Shown: in pieces, positions 9,057 to 18,700 of the stretch | Position numbering within the stretch: the first letter of the stretch is position 1 | Layout of the letters: each line of letters begins with the position of its first letter | From: an uncultured virus (IMG/VR IMGVR_UViG_3300047510_001499) | Taxonomy: Duplodnaviria; Heunggongvirae; Uroviricota; Caudoviricetes | DNA: 64,000 nt | Direction: 5' to 3' (one strand) | Virus record (IMG/VR): IMGVR_UViG_3300047510_001499 | Position numbers and translations under genes: made by a program | Notes under the pieces: generated by a model | The model's database searches: none | The model's input: the letters and a program-made list of their open reading frames with translations, nothing else | What the model was told of the DNA's origin: nothing

Positions 9057-11575
9057 TGTATCAAAATGTATACTATGAAAAGGAAAATGGTATCATCCAT
9101 TGCTGGGATGACCAAAAAGGTTATTTTACAAGCAAGTACCGTAGATACGCATATGTTAGAGATGGGAATGGTTCTTTTACTTCTATTCACGGAGAGCGTC
9201 TTAAAAAGATAAACTTTTGGAAGCAAGAGGATAATCTTAAACTTTACGAAAGTGATGTAAACGAAATGACTCGTTTTCTGATTGACCAATATGGTGATTC
9301 AGATGAGGTATCTACCGGTCATACTATTCTAACCTTTGATATTGAGGTTGAGATGAATAGTGGTTTGCCGGACATTGATAAAGCAGGTAACGCAATCACT
9401 TCAATTGCAGGTCACGATTCAGTCACCAACGACTATTTCGTATATGTTGTATCGGACAATTATGTTGACAAAACCATCAAAGGAGCTCAAGTTCGTTCGT
9501 TTAAAACTGAAGCTGACCTACTTGAATCATTTCTAAACAAATGGCAAGAAATCAACCCAACAATCGTTACGGGTTGGAACATTGACTACTTTGATATTAC
9601 TTACCTATACAATCGTTTAAAGAATGTGTTGGGTGAGAGAATGGCTAGTAAACTTTCTCCTATTGGTAAGATTGGATACAACAAATATCGTAATCGTTAT
9701 ATTATCGCGGGTGTAAGTTGTTTGGACTACCTTGCTCTTTACAAGAACTTTACCTACCAAGAATTCCCTAACTACCGATTGGATACCATTGCTAATATCG
9801 TATTGGGTAGGGGTAAAATTGAATACAAGGGTAATCTTGACCAATTGTTCCGAGATGATTTGGAAAAGTTCATTGAGTATAACTTGGTGGATGTGGAGTT
9901 GGTTGTTGAAATGGATAGAAAACTTCAGTTCATTGAATTGGCTCAAGCGATTTGTCACGCAGGGCACGTATTTTATGAAGATTTCCTATTCTCATCAAAG
10001 TGGTTGGAAGGTGCTATCCTAACTTTCTTGCGTAGAAGTAATCGTGTAGCGCCAGACAAACCACGAAGAGCGGAAAAGAACGAAGATGGGTCTGATGGTG
10101 AGGGTAAGTTCACAGGTGCATATGTAAAAGAACCCAAACCCGGTCTTTACAAGTGGGTATATGACTTGGACTTGACTTCGCTGTATCCATCTATTATTAT
10201 GACCTTGAATGTGTCGCCAGAAACAAAGATTGGTAAACTCAAATCATTCTCTTCGGAAGATTATATGAAGAACAAGATTGAGTCGTATTCAATCGTGGAT
10301 GATAATGGTCGTGAGTTTCCACCGCTAACTCGTGATGAATTTCAAAATCTAATCACGGAATCCAATTATTCAGTATCATCAAATGGTGTATTGTACACGC
10401 AAGATAGGGTTGGTGTAATACCTGAAATCTTGAATGTTTGGTTTGACAAGCGAGTTGAGTATAAGGACTTAATGAAAAAATATGGTAAAGAGGGTAATAA
10501 CGAACTTTACAAGTTTTACTCTCAACGCCAGTTGGTTCAAAAAATTATGTTGAACTCCCTTTATGGTGTATTGGGTCTACCATCATTCCGATTCTATGAT
10601 GTGGATAACGCAGAAGCTACCACAATTACGGGTCAAACTGTAATCAAGACCACGGAGATGATTGCTAACCAATACTACAAAAGTATCATTGGTAAAGAGG
10701 ATGACTACAATGTATATACCGATACTGACTCCGTATTCTATCAGGCGGCTCCGCTTGTAAAAGCAAGAAACCCACAAATTGATGTGGAGTCTGATGAACA
10801 AATGGTTCCAGCGATTCTATCAGTTGCTCAAGAGGTTCAAGCCCACATCAATAAGGTCTACGACACGATGTCTAAAAAGTTATTCAATGTGGACTTTCAC
10901 CGATTTGATATCAAACAAGAAACCATCGCAAAAGGTGGATTTTGGGTATCAAAGAAGAGATACGCACAATGGATTATCAACGACAATACTGTTCCTTGTG
11001 ATAAGATGGATGTTAAGGGATTGGATGTTCGTAGGTCATCATTCCCAACCTACTTTAAGAAGGTGATGGAGACTGTTTTGTTGGATATTCTAAAAGGTGT
11101 TGATAAATCTATAATTGATGATAAACTTATCAAATTCAAAGAAGAGATGTCAGACCAAAACTTTACGGATATTGCAAAGAACTCTGCTGTGAAGGATATG
11201 TCCAAGTATGTAAAGAATCGTAAGGAGTACGCATTGGGTGAATTTGAGAAAGGAACCCCAGCGCACGTTAAAGCTGCTATAACCTATAATAGGTTGTTGA
11301 AACATTATAACGCTCCTTACAAATATGAACCTATGAAGGATGGTGATAAGATTAAGTGGGTTTACTTAAAAAAGAATCCACTTGGATTGGAAGCTACCGC
11401 ATTCACAGGTCATAACGACCCCCCACAAATCAATCAGTTTATTCAACAATACATTGATGTGGACTTGATTTGGGAAAAGGAGTTGGAGAACAAAATCACC
11501 GACTTCTATGACGCAATGAATTGGGACAAACCAAATCCCAATCTTCTAAAAGCATCGCAATTTTTTGGATTTTGA
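9056..11575 (+). CDS. Family B DNA polymerase
   Basis: FDIE and GWNI..FD exonuclease motifs, DLTSLYPSII, KIMLNSLYG, YTDTDS, KKRYA. Confidence 0.97.
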   Translation: MYQNVYYEKENGIIHCWDDQKGYFTSKYRRYAYVRDGNGSFTSIHGERLKKINFWKQEDNLKLYESDVNEMTRFLIDQYGDSDEVSTGHTILTFDIEVEMNSGLPDIDKAGNAITSIAGHDSVTNDYFVYVVSDNYVDKTIKGAQVRSFKTEADLLESFLNKWQEINPTIVTGWNIDYFDITYLYNRLKNVLGERMASKLSPIGKIGYNKYRNRYIIAGVSCLDYLALYKNFTYQEFPNYRLDTIANIVLGRGKIEYKGNLDQLFRDDLEKFIEYNLVDVELVVEMDRKLQFIELAQAICHAGHVFYEDFLFSSKWLEGAILTFLRRSNRVAPDKPRRAEKNEDGSDGEGKFTGAYVKEPKPGLYKWVYDLDLTSLYPSIIMTLNVSPETKIGKLKSFSSEDYMKNKIESYSIVDDNGREFPPLTRDEFQNLITESNYSVSSNGVLYTQDRVGVIPEILNVWFDKRVEYKDLMKKYGKEGNNELYKFYSQRQLVQKIMLNSLYGVLGLPSFRFYDVDNAEATTITGQTVIKTTEMIANQYYKSIIGKEDDYNVYTDTDSVFYQAAPLVKARNPQIDVESDEQMVPAILSVAQEVQAHINKVYDTMSKKLFNVDFHRFDIKQETIAKGGFWVSKKRYAQWIINDNTVPCDKMDVKGLDVRRSSFPTYFKKVMETVLLDILKGVDKSIIDDKLIKFKEEMSDQNFTDIAKNSAVKDMSKYVKNRKEYALGEFEKGTPAHVKAAITYNRLLKHYNAPYKYEPMKDGDKIKWVYLKKNPLGLEATAFTGHNDPPQINQFIQQYIDVDLIWEKELENKITDFYDAMNWDKPNPNLLKASQFFGF

Positions 11576-11607
11576 TTTGGATAATTAAAATTAATTTAGT
11601 ATATTTG
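11576..11607 (+). promoter_or_regulatory. Bacteroidota-type promoter
   Basis: TTTG 11576-11579, 20 nt, TATATTTG 11600-11607. Confidence 0.8.
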
Positions 11608-11611
11608 TATT

Positions 11612-11815
11612 ATGAATATTGAACAAGCAAAACAAGTATTAAAGGAGAATGGTTACTATGTAGATAATCTCTGGCACACCGATGATGTCCACCAATTTGG
11701 TGATATTTCAGAGGATGGTGCATATGATGTGTTAAATTCAGTTTTACAAAATGCGTATACCATTGAAAAAATCAATGAAATGCTGCACGATGAATTCTAC
11801 GAGCGAACAAATTAA
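11612..11815 (+). CDS. Small hypothetical protein
   Basis: 67 aa acidic ORF after promoter, stop overlaps next start. Confidence 0.65.
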   Translation: MNIEQAKQVLKENGYYVDNLWHTDDVHQFGDISEDGAYDVLNSVLQNAYTIEKINEMLHDEFYERTN

Positions 11816-12426
11816 TGAGTGTAACCAACTACATAGTAGAATTATGTCCACGAAGTGAGATTGTAAACTTTGTGGAAACTCATCACTATTCAAAAAATAT
11901 GAATGGATTACACATTTCATATTGTTTTAAGTTGATGGATGGTGATACTATGATTGGTGCTATGGTTTATGGGTCTTTGGGTATGGTTGGGGTTGCTGAA
12001 AAGTATACCTCCAACCCATCAAAGATTTTAGAGTTGAAACGACTCGTTTGTATTGATGATACTCCAAAAAATACCGAATCGTATTTTATAGGTTGGACTC
12101 TTCGGTGGTTACAACGAAATACTGATTTGGAAATGATAATCTCATATGCTGATAAAACATTTGGACACGAAGGTGTGGTTTATAAAGCTACAAACTTTGA
12201 GTGTATGGGTGAAACATCAGCTGGAAGGGTTATTATGTGGAATGGTCGTAGGTATCACGACAAAACTTTAAGAAACAAACACAATGGGAAACTAAAGCCC
12301 GTTGCTATTGAATTGAAAAACGCATTGGATGATGGAAGTGCTCAGTATGTGGAAACTCTTACAAAGAACATTTACATTTACCGATTCAAAAAAAGAAAAC
12401 AAAAAATCCAGCAATGGTTTGGATAA
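11815..12426 (+). CDS. Mom-like GNAT-fold DNA modification protein (paralog 3)
   Basis: HHYS, ELKRL, PKNTESYFI, ISYAD...GHEG.VYKATNF. Confidence 0.82.
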   Translation: MSVTNYIVELCPRSEIVNFVETHHYSKNMNGLHISYCFKLMDGDTMIGAMVYGSLGMVGVAEKYTSNPSKILELKRLVCIDDTPKNTESYFIGWTLRWLQRNTDLEMIISYADKTFGHEGVVYKATNFECMGETSAGRVIMWNGRRYHDKTLRNKHNGKLKPVAIELKNALDDGSAQYVETLTKNIYIYRFKKRKQKIQQWFG

Positions 12427-12449
12427 TTCAAAATTATTTCGTATATTTG
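12418..12449 (+). promoter_or_regulatory. Bacteroidota-type promoter
   Basis: TTTG 12418-12421, 20 nt, TATATTTG 12442-12449. Confidence 0.8.
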
Positions 12450-12471
12450 TCTAAACTAAAAATTAAAAAGT

Positions 12472-13173
12472 ATGAAGAAAAGTTCATTTGAGGGATTTGT
12501 CTCTCGTTATAATCTTGGCGGTGAAGTTGAATCCGTTAAGGTAGTCTCAACTGATGAAGGACTTTCGGTTCGTTTCATCTCTGATGACAAAACCCTTTTG
12601 GGTGTTGTAGAAAGTGAAGATAAGTCATTCCCTAATGGTGAATTTGGTATCTACACTACTTCACAACTAAAAGGTTTGTTGGGTGTTCTTGACGCAAGTG
12701 TTGATGTAAAATCTAATGAAACTTCATTGGTATTTTCAGACACTAAAACTTCGGTAAACTATGTGTTGGCTGAATTGTCAGTAATTCCAGCAGTTCCAGA
12801 ACTCAAGCAACTCCCCAACTTTAATGCTACCATCACTTTGGATGAAGCATTCATTGGGACATTTATCAAATCAAAAGGTGCTTTGAGTGATTCGGATACC
12901 TTTACCTTTACTTGTACTGGTGAATCAAACGCAGGTAAGATTGTTTTGGGTTATTCTAAAATCAACTCTAACCGAATCTCTATCAATGTAGATTGTGTTT
13001 GTGAAAGTGATGTTCAACCCATTTCATTCTCTGCTAAATACTTGAAGGAAATCTTGAATGCAAATCGTGGTGCTAAAGCATCTTCTATGAAGGTCTCATC
13101 ACAAGGTCTTGCTTCAGTTTCTTTTGAACACGAAGGATACAAATCATCTTACTACCTCGTAGAAGTAAAGTAA
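12472..13173 (+). CDS. DNA sliding clamp (PCNA/gp45-like)
   Basis: 233 aa; EFGIY...LKGLL, FSAKYLKEIL and terminal S.YYL pattern; between polymerase and clamp loader. Confidence 0.75.
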   Translation: MKKSSFEGFVSRYNLGGEVESVKVVSTDEGLSVRFISDDKTLLGVVESEDKSFPNGEFGIYTTSQLKGLLGVLDASVDVKSNETSLVFSDTKTSVNYVLAELSVIPAVPELKQLPNFNATITLDEAFIGTFIKSKGALSDSDTFTFTCTGESNAGKIVLGYSKINSNRISINVDCVCESDVQPISFSAKYLKEILNANRGAKASSMKVSSQGLASVSFEHEGYKSSYYLVEVK

Positions 13174-14360
13174 TGTTTTGGGATACTGAACCAGCGAAAC
13201 CTGCGTTTGACTATGATGTAGAAAAGGGTAAGTTCATTGAAAATATGGACTACCTTTCTTCTATGTCCGTAGAAGAACAAACACTTTACAAAAAGTGGCA
13301 GGAGTGGAACTATGACTTGGCTACCTCTATGAAGAGAAAAGCAGGTCTGGCTCTTCACTATGATGCTCTTTGGATGCCGAAAGACATTCAAAATAAGGAA
13401 CAAACAATCAAAGAAATTGAAGACCTTGAACCTTATGTAGAAATTGTTGATGACCCAAAAGAATCTACTCGCTGGACTGAAATCCGAAAACTAATTCATA
13501 CGATGTCTTTTGATGCTAATCCCGGTCGTAATGTAAAGATTTACATTAAGGATAGGGTTAGTGGTAAGATACTTGGAATGATTTCCTTGGCTTCAGATGT
13601 CACATCATTGGGAGTTCGTGATACCTACATTGGGTGGACCCAAGACAACAAATACAAAGATGGTAAGTTGAATCATACTACTATCGCATCCACAATTGTC
13701 TGCACCCAACCTTTGGGGTACAATTTCTTGGGTGGTAAGTTGATTGCTTGTATGGCTACATCGGAGGTAGTTCGTAAACATTGGAAAGAGAAATACGGAC
13801 AAACTTTGATTGCAGTCGGAACCACTTCTTTGTATGGTATTCACTCTCAATATAATGGTATCCCCCACTTCAAAACCTTGGGAGAATCCGCAGGTAAGGT
13901 AGCTACAAAGCCAGATGATTCAGTTTACGAACCCTGGCACCATTGGATTAAAGAAAACAAATCCGAAGAGTACGCTATTCAAACTGCTGAAAAAGAAGGT
14001 GTAGATGGACCTGCTACCGGAGTAAAGCAGAAAGTCATCAATATGATTTTCAAAGAACTTGGGTTGAAAGGTTCTCACTACCAACACGGATTCAAACGAG
14101 GTGTGTATTTCGCACAAATGTATGAGAATGGTAATGAGTTTCTCCGTAATGAGATTACCGAAGACCAACTGATAATGAAGGACAAGTTTGTTCAGAGCGA
14201 TGAATACACAATGAAGTGGTGGAAACCAAAGGCAATCAAACGATACGAAAAACTACACGAAGAAGGTCGTATCAAACCAGAATCATTATTTTACCTTGAT
14301 ATCATTGGTATGTCGTGGGAAGATTGTAAAGAAAAATATCTAAAAGAAGTAGGAAGATGA
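13173..14360 (+). CDS. DUF4338 (DruA-like) domain protein
   Basis: PGR.....D..SGKILG.ISL.SD...RD.YIGW, GYNFLGGKLIA, TTSLYG..SQYN motifs. Confidence 0.7.
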   Translation: MFWDTEPAKPAFDYDVEKGKFIENMDYLSSMSVEEQTLYKKWQEWNYDLATSMKRKAGLALHYDALWMPKDIQNKEQTIKEIEDLEPYVEIVDDPKESTRWTEIRKLIHTMSFDANPGRNVKIYIKDRVSGKILGMISLASDVTSLGVRDTYIGWTQDNKYKDGKLNHTTIASTIVCTQPLGYNFLGGKLIACMATSEVVRKHWKEKYGQTLIAVGTTSLYGIHSQYNGIPHFKTLGESAGKVATKPDDSVYEPWHHWIKENKSEEYAIQTAEKEGVDGPATGVKQKVINMIFKELGLKGSHYQHGFKRGVYFAQMYENGNEFLRNEITEDQLIMKDKFVQSDEYTMKWWKPKAIKRYEKLHEEGRIKPESLFYLDIIGMSWEDCKEKYLKEVGR

Positions 14361-15271
14361 GTAATTCATTATGGGTTGAAAAATACCGACCAGATACATT
14401 AGAAGGATATGTAGGAAACGAACACATCCTTGAAAAGGTAAAGATTTACATTCAAAATGAAGATGTCCCACACCTTTTATTGTATGGACAAGCCGGTACG
14501 GGTAAAACCACATTGGCTAAAATCATTACCAATCAGATTGATTGTGATTTGATGTATATTAACGCTTCTGATGAAAACTCCGTAGACGCAGTTCGTGATA
14601 AGATTCGTGGATTCGCATCATCTATGGGTTTTAGAAAGTGGAAGGTTATTATCTTGGATGAGGCTGATTATTTGTCTCAAAACGCCCAAGCGGCTCTTCG
14701 TAATTTGATGGAGACATTTTCAGCATCTACTCGTTTTATTCTAACTTGTAATTTTGTTGAAAAGGTAATTGACCCTATCCAATCTCGTTGCCAAACATTT
14801 GCAATTACCCCACCATCTAAAAAGGATGTTGCAAAACGATTGAATGATATTCTAACAACCGAAGGTATTGAATTTGAAATGTCAGACCTTGCTGTGCTTG
14901 TTAATAGTGGATATCCGGACATTCGTAGAGTTCTAAACGCAGCTCAACGACAGGTCATCAACGGCAAATTGGTGATTGACAAACAATCAACTCTTGAAGC
15001 AAACTACACCGAAAAAGTGGTACAAGAATTGATGTCTAATAATGATGCAAAAACAAAGTTCACCAATGTCAGACAAATTATTGCTGATTCAGGTGTTAAA
15101 AGCTTTGAACCTTTGTATAGAACCCTTTACGATAGAGTAGATGACTATGGGAAAGGTAAAGTCGGACAAACCATCTTAAACATCGCGGATGGTCAGTATA
15201 AAGACGCTATGGTAGTTGATAAAGAAATCAATGTAATGGCGATGATGTTAAATATTATAACAAGTATCTAA
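14357..15271 (+). CDS. Clamp loader AAA+ subunit (RFC small/gp44-like)
   Basis: WVEKYRP, GQAGTGKT, INASD, ILDEAD, AQAALR, SRC. Confidence 0.93.
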   Translation: MSNSLWVEKYRPDTLEGYVGNEHILEKVKIYIQNEDVPHLLLYGQAGTGKTTLAKIITNQIDCDLMYINASDENSVDAVRDKIRGFASSMGFRKWKVIILDEADYLSQNAQAALRNLMETFSASTRFILTCNFVEKVIDPIQSRCQTFAITPPSKKDVAKRLNDILTTEGIEFEMSDLAVLVNSGYPDIRRVLNAAQRQVINGKLVIDKQSTLEANYTEKVVQELMSNNDAKTKFTNVRQIIADSGVKSFEPLYRTLYDRVDDYGKGKVGQTILNIADGQYKDAMVVDKEINVMAMMLNIITSI

Positions 15272-15272
15272 A

Positions 15273-15554
15273 ATGGCAAAAGGTAAAGTAATTCCAATGG
15301 GTGGTAAACAACAACCAACTCAACAAGCACCAAAAATCAATGTTGACCCCTTTAAACTCAAAACAGTAACTTGTCCTAATTGTGAAGGTATTTTCTTCAC
15401 GGAAGTGACTATGTTTAAAGAAGTTCCAGCGGTAATGTCTCCGAATGGTCAACAATCAATGCTACCAATCCCTGTGGTTGTATGTAATGAATGTGGGACT
15501 GTTCATCCAAAGTTCACTCCAAAAGAGTTCTTTGAAGGTGGTGAAGAAAAGTAA
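15273..15554 (+). CDS. Zinc-ribbon protein
   Basis: CPNC...CNECG. Confidence 0.65.
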   Translation: MAKGKVIPMGGKQQPTQQAPKINVDPFKLKTVTCPNCEGIFFTEVTMFKEVPAVMSPNGQQSMLPIPVVVCNECGTVHPKFTPKEFFEGGEEK

Positions 15555-15993
15555 TGATGGTGTAGTAAAAGCCAAAGGGTTATTTGACCACTTGGGTGGT
15601 ATTACTCATCTTAAAACTCCGTGGGAGAGCTTGTCCACGATGGATAAGAAATCCTTTGAAACCTATATGGTTAATCGGTTCTTGTCTATGGGTGTTGATA
15701 ATGTTGAAATTGTAAACATTATAAATCAATACACAAACGGACAGCTAACCCCACGAGAGGTTTATAAGTTTTACTTGGATATTCTACCAAAGAAAAAATC
15801 ATTCAACAAGTATATCAAAGGTAAGTCCGAAGACAAGTGGGATAAAAATGTAATCCAGTATTTGTGCAAATACTATGAAGTATCATCCCGTGAAGTTTTG
15901 GATTACCTTGATATTCTTACCAAGGATGAAATCAAATCAATAATTGTTAAATATGGGATTGACCCAAAAGAAATAGATAAATGGCTAAAATGA
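15541..15993 (+). CDS. Clamp loader small subunit (gp62-like)
   Basis: YMVNRFLSM, LPKKKSF.KYIK, YYEVS.RE..DYL.IL; GTG at 15541 is the likely start. Confidence 0.7.
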   Translation: MKKSNDGVVKAKGLFDHLGGITHLKTPWESLSTMDKKSFETYMVNRFLSMGVDNVEIVNIINQYTNGQLTPREVYKFYLDILPKKKSFNKYIKGKSEDKWDKNVIQYLCKYYEVSSREVLDYLDILTKDEIKSIIVKYGIDPKEIDKWLK

Positions 15994-16400
15994 TTAAAGA
16001 AGCAAAAACCAAAGTAGAGTGGGTAGCTGAAGAAGAGCGCCCCAACTATGGTGGGGTCAAAGAACAATCTGCAATTGAGTATTGTGAAGAAAACTATCCA
16101 CAAACTACTGAAGAGTTCAAAAATATTTTGGATGAGATGTATCTTACTTTTTGTAAGAAGCAGAGAAACTACGGACCGGGTAATATCTCCGTAGGAACAT
16201 CACTTCAAACCCAAGATGAGGTTAGATTGTCTTTGACCGGATTATGGTTCCGTATTAACGATAAAGTTAATCGCTTGAAGCAGATGGTTGTATTGGGTCA
16301 GCCAGATGAGGTTGGTGAGTCAATCCAAGATACATACGAAGACCTGTCGGTCTATGGTATTATCGCTCAGATTGTTCAGCGTGGAAAGTGGGGAAAATAA
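15981..16400 (+). CDS. Nucleotide modification associated domain 1 (DUF1599/Nmad1) protein
   Basis: KKQRNYG, RINDKVNRL, ESIQDTYEDLSVYGII. Confidence 0.75.
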   Translation: MAKMIKEAKTKVEWVAEEERPNYGGVKEQSAIEYCEENYPQTTEEFKNILDEMYLTFCKKQRNYGPGNISVGTSLQTQDEVRLSLTGLWFRINDKVNRLKQMVVLGQPDEVGESIQDTYEDLSVYGIIAQIVQRGKWGK

Positions 16401-16785
16401 AAAACCCGATTATGTAGTATATTCGGAAGAAGGTGGGTATAACGCCCGCCTTTTACCATATGCTACAAATGTTGGGGCCCCAAGTATAAAAACGGAAGAT
16501 GTTGACCTTTGGAAGCAACGAGGAGTCAACAAAGTAAACAAACAATTAGAAACCAAGTTCAATGAACTCAAAGAAGAGTATCAGAGGTTGGTGGATGAAT
16601 TTAGGTGGAATGAATTAGTTTATACCGCTAAATTTAGTTTTGAACCCGTGATAGGTGATACCTATCATCTTTATGTGGGTAATAACGGAAATGTGTTTCT
16701 TTCTTTAATATCACCAAACGAATGGAATAGAGAACATATTGGGTCGTTTAGATTAGATAGTAATCAAAAATGGATAAAATTATGA
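16381..16785 (+). CDS. DUF2452-like protein
   Basis: LPYATNVGAP, AKFSFEPVIG.TYHLY, FLSLISPNEW; GTG 16381 likely start. Confidence 0.65.
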   Translation: MESGENKKPDYVVYSEEGGYNARLLPYATNVGAPSIKTEDVDLWKQRGVNKVNKQLETKFNELKEEYQRLVDEFRWNELVYTAKFSFEPVIGDTYHLYVGNNGNVFLSLISPNEWNREHIGSFRLDSNQKWIKL

Positions 16786-17093
16786 AAAATGTTTTTCTGG
16801 CAAGTGTTTTGTTTTTAAGTTCTTGCGCAGTAACTCCGCTTACTAATGTTTCTACCAAAGACTTTTCTTACCAAGGAACGGACATTTACTACAAGGGTGA
16901 ATTATGTGCTCAAATGGGTGCTTTGGAAGTTGCATACGATGATGGTAAAGTTGTCCGTGAGGTCACTTACATCGTAACTGATGAAAAGTTCAACGAAGTG
17001 GCTATGGGTATTTTAAAGTATGTTCGTGAACGCAGACCAAGTTGGGAAGTTGAAGTTGAGCTAAAAAAAGCTGTAAAAAGTTTGGATAATTAA
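16782..17093 (+). CDS. Putative lipoprotein
   Basis: MKNVFLASVLFLSSC signal and lipobox. Confidence 0.65.
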   Translation: MKNVFLASVLFLSSCAVTPLTNVSTKDFSYQGTDIYYKGELCAQMGALEVAYDDGKVVREVTYIVTDEKFNEVAMGILKYVRERRPSWEVEVELKKAVKSLDN

Positions 17094-17112
17094 AAACTTT
17101 TTCGTATATTTG
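17081..17112 (+). promoter_or_regulatory. Bacteroidota-type promoter
   Basis: TTTG 17081-17084, 20 nt, TATATTTG 17105-17112. Confidence 0.8.
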
Positions 17113-17117
17113 TATAG

Positions 17118-18053
17118 ATGAAAAAGTCAAAGACAACACTACTTCAGATTCCTGTTTATGTAGAAAAGCAGGGAGATGTGAAGGTTTCGTACTCACAATA
17201 TACGATGTGGGCTAATTGCCCTAAACAATGGAAGCTGACCTATATGGATGGTAATAAAATTGATGACCCATCCATTCACCTCATCTTCGGAACTTCAATG
17301 CACGAAACCATCCAAACTTGGTTGGATGTTATGTATTCTTCAACTGTGAAGAAAGCCAATGAACTTGACCTACATACTATGTTGAGGGATACGATGGCTA
17401 AAGAATACAAAAAGACAATGGCTATCTATGGTCAAAAGTTTACCACCAAAGAACAAATGAATGAGTTCTATCAAGATGGTGTTGAAATTATTGACTACTT
17501 GAAGAAGAAACGCTCAATATATTTCTCTACCAAGAAAATCAAATTGGTGGGTATTGAGTTGCCAATTTACTATCCGACAAATAATGAAAATGTGATGATG
17601 AAGGGCTTCCTTGACCTTGTGTTTGAGGATACTGAAAATTCTCGCCTTATCATTGATGATATCAAAACATCTACAAGTGGTTGGAATAAGTGGGCTAAAG
17701 CCGACAAAACCAAAACCGCTCAGTTGATTTTATATAAGAAGTTTTTCTCCGAACAATATGGATACGACATTGATAGAATTGATGTTCAGTACATTATATT
17801 AAAACGAAAGTTGAGTGAGAACGCTTACGACAAACGAGTTCAAGTATTTAAGCCCGCTGCTGGTAGTCGGACTCTGAAAGAAATTACAACAAACTTTGAT
17901 ACCTTTGTATCAGCCGCTTTCAATATGGATGGAACCTACCGACAAGATGGTCCATTTCCCGCCAAAGCCGGTGATAAGAATAAGAATTGTAGATTTTGTC
18001 CTTTCAAAGACCGCTACGATTTGTGTCCTAAATCAGAACGACACGCTGTTTAA
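17118..18053 (+). CDS. PD-(D/E)XK exonuclease (RecB/Cas4-like)
   Basis: SYSQ...CP, FGT.MHE, GFLDL, DIKTS, QL.LY, C-terminal CRFCPF..C. Confidence 0.85.
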   Translation: MKKSKTTLLQIPVYVEKQGDVKVSYSQYTMWANCPKQWKLTYMDGNKIDDPSIHLIFGTSMHETIQTWLDVMYSSTVKKANELDLHTMLRDTMAKEYKKTMAIYGQKFTTKEQMNEFYQDGVEIIDYLKKKRSIYFSTKKIKLVGIELPIYYPTNNENVMMKGFLDLVFEDTENSRLIIDDIKTSTSGWNKWAKADKTKTAQLILYKKFFSEQYGYDIDRIDVQYIILKRKLSENAYDKRVQVFKPAAGSRTLKEITTNFDTFVSAAFNMDGTYRQDGPFPAKAGDKNKNCRFCPFKDRYDLCPKSERHAV

Positions 18054-18068
18054 TCAAAACCCTTAATT

Positions 18069-18632
18069 ATGTTGTATAGCTACAATAAAACCCTGTTGGA
18101 ATTCAAAAGAATTGGATTACGAAAGTTAGTTCTTATTTTGAGTGGATTCGCATTTTTAATTGGTAGTATTTCTTATGGAATTGGTAGATACGCTGCTTTT
18201 GGAGATTTGAGTATCTATGAGAAAAACATACTACTGTTAAACATCAAGGAAACTCCTTTTAATCAAGATGATTTGGTCAAATTGATGAAAGACCTTAATA
18301 TGAAATTTCCACATATTGCATTGGCTCAATCTTATGTAGAAACAGGTCAGTTCAAATCTAAAATCTTCCGAGAAAACAACAACCTATTTGGTATGAAGCA
18401 AGCCCGCCAGAGGGTTAATACTGCAAAAGGAACACAAAATAACCACGCATACTACGATACTTGGGAAGAGTCAGTATACGACTACGCATTTTACCAATGT
18501 AGATATTTAGGTGGCATTCAAACTGAAGAAGAATATTTTAGATATTTGAATGCTTCTTATGCTGAAGACCCTAATTATGTAAGTAAAGTAAAATCGGTTA
18601 TTGAAAAACAAAAGTTGCGAGAGCTATTTTAA
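18069..18632 (+). CDS. GH73 glucosaminidase-domain protein with N-terminal TM
   Basis: AQS.VETG, NNLFGMK, YAEDPNY. Confidence 0.85.
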   Translation: MLYSYNKTLLEFKRIGLRKLVLILSGFAFLIGSISYGIGRYAAFGDLSIYEKNILLLNIKETPFNQDDLVKLMKDLNMKFPHIALAQSYVETGQFKSKIFRENNNLFGMKQARQRVNTAKGTQNNHAYYDTWEESVYDYAFYQCRYLGGIQTEEEYFRYLNASYAEDPNYVSKVKSVIEKQKLRELF

Positions 18633-18700
18633 TGAGAAAATATCAAAATCATTCCCCGAATAGATTGCGTGTAAAGAGCTTATATAATAGAAGAGAAGGT

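Noticed and set aside
401..11575. Introns or inteins in nrdA or the polymerase
   Set aside because: Both are continuous ORFs of ordinary length with no intein splice motifs seen.
17118..18053. Cas4/CRISPR system
   Set aside because: Stand-alone PD-(D/E)XK nuclease; no repeat-spacer array or other cas genes in the window.
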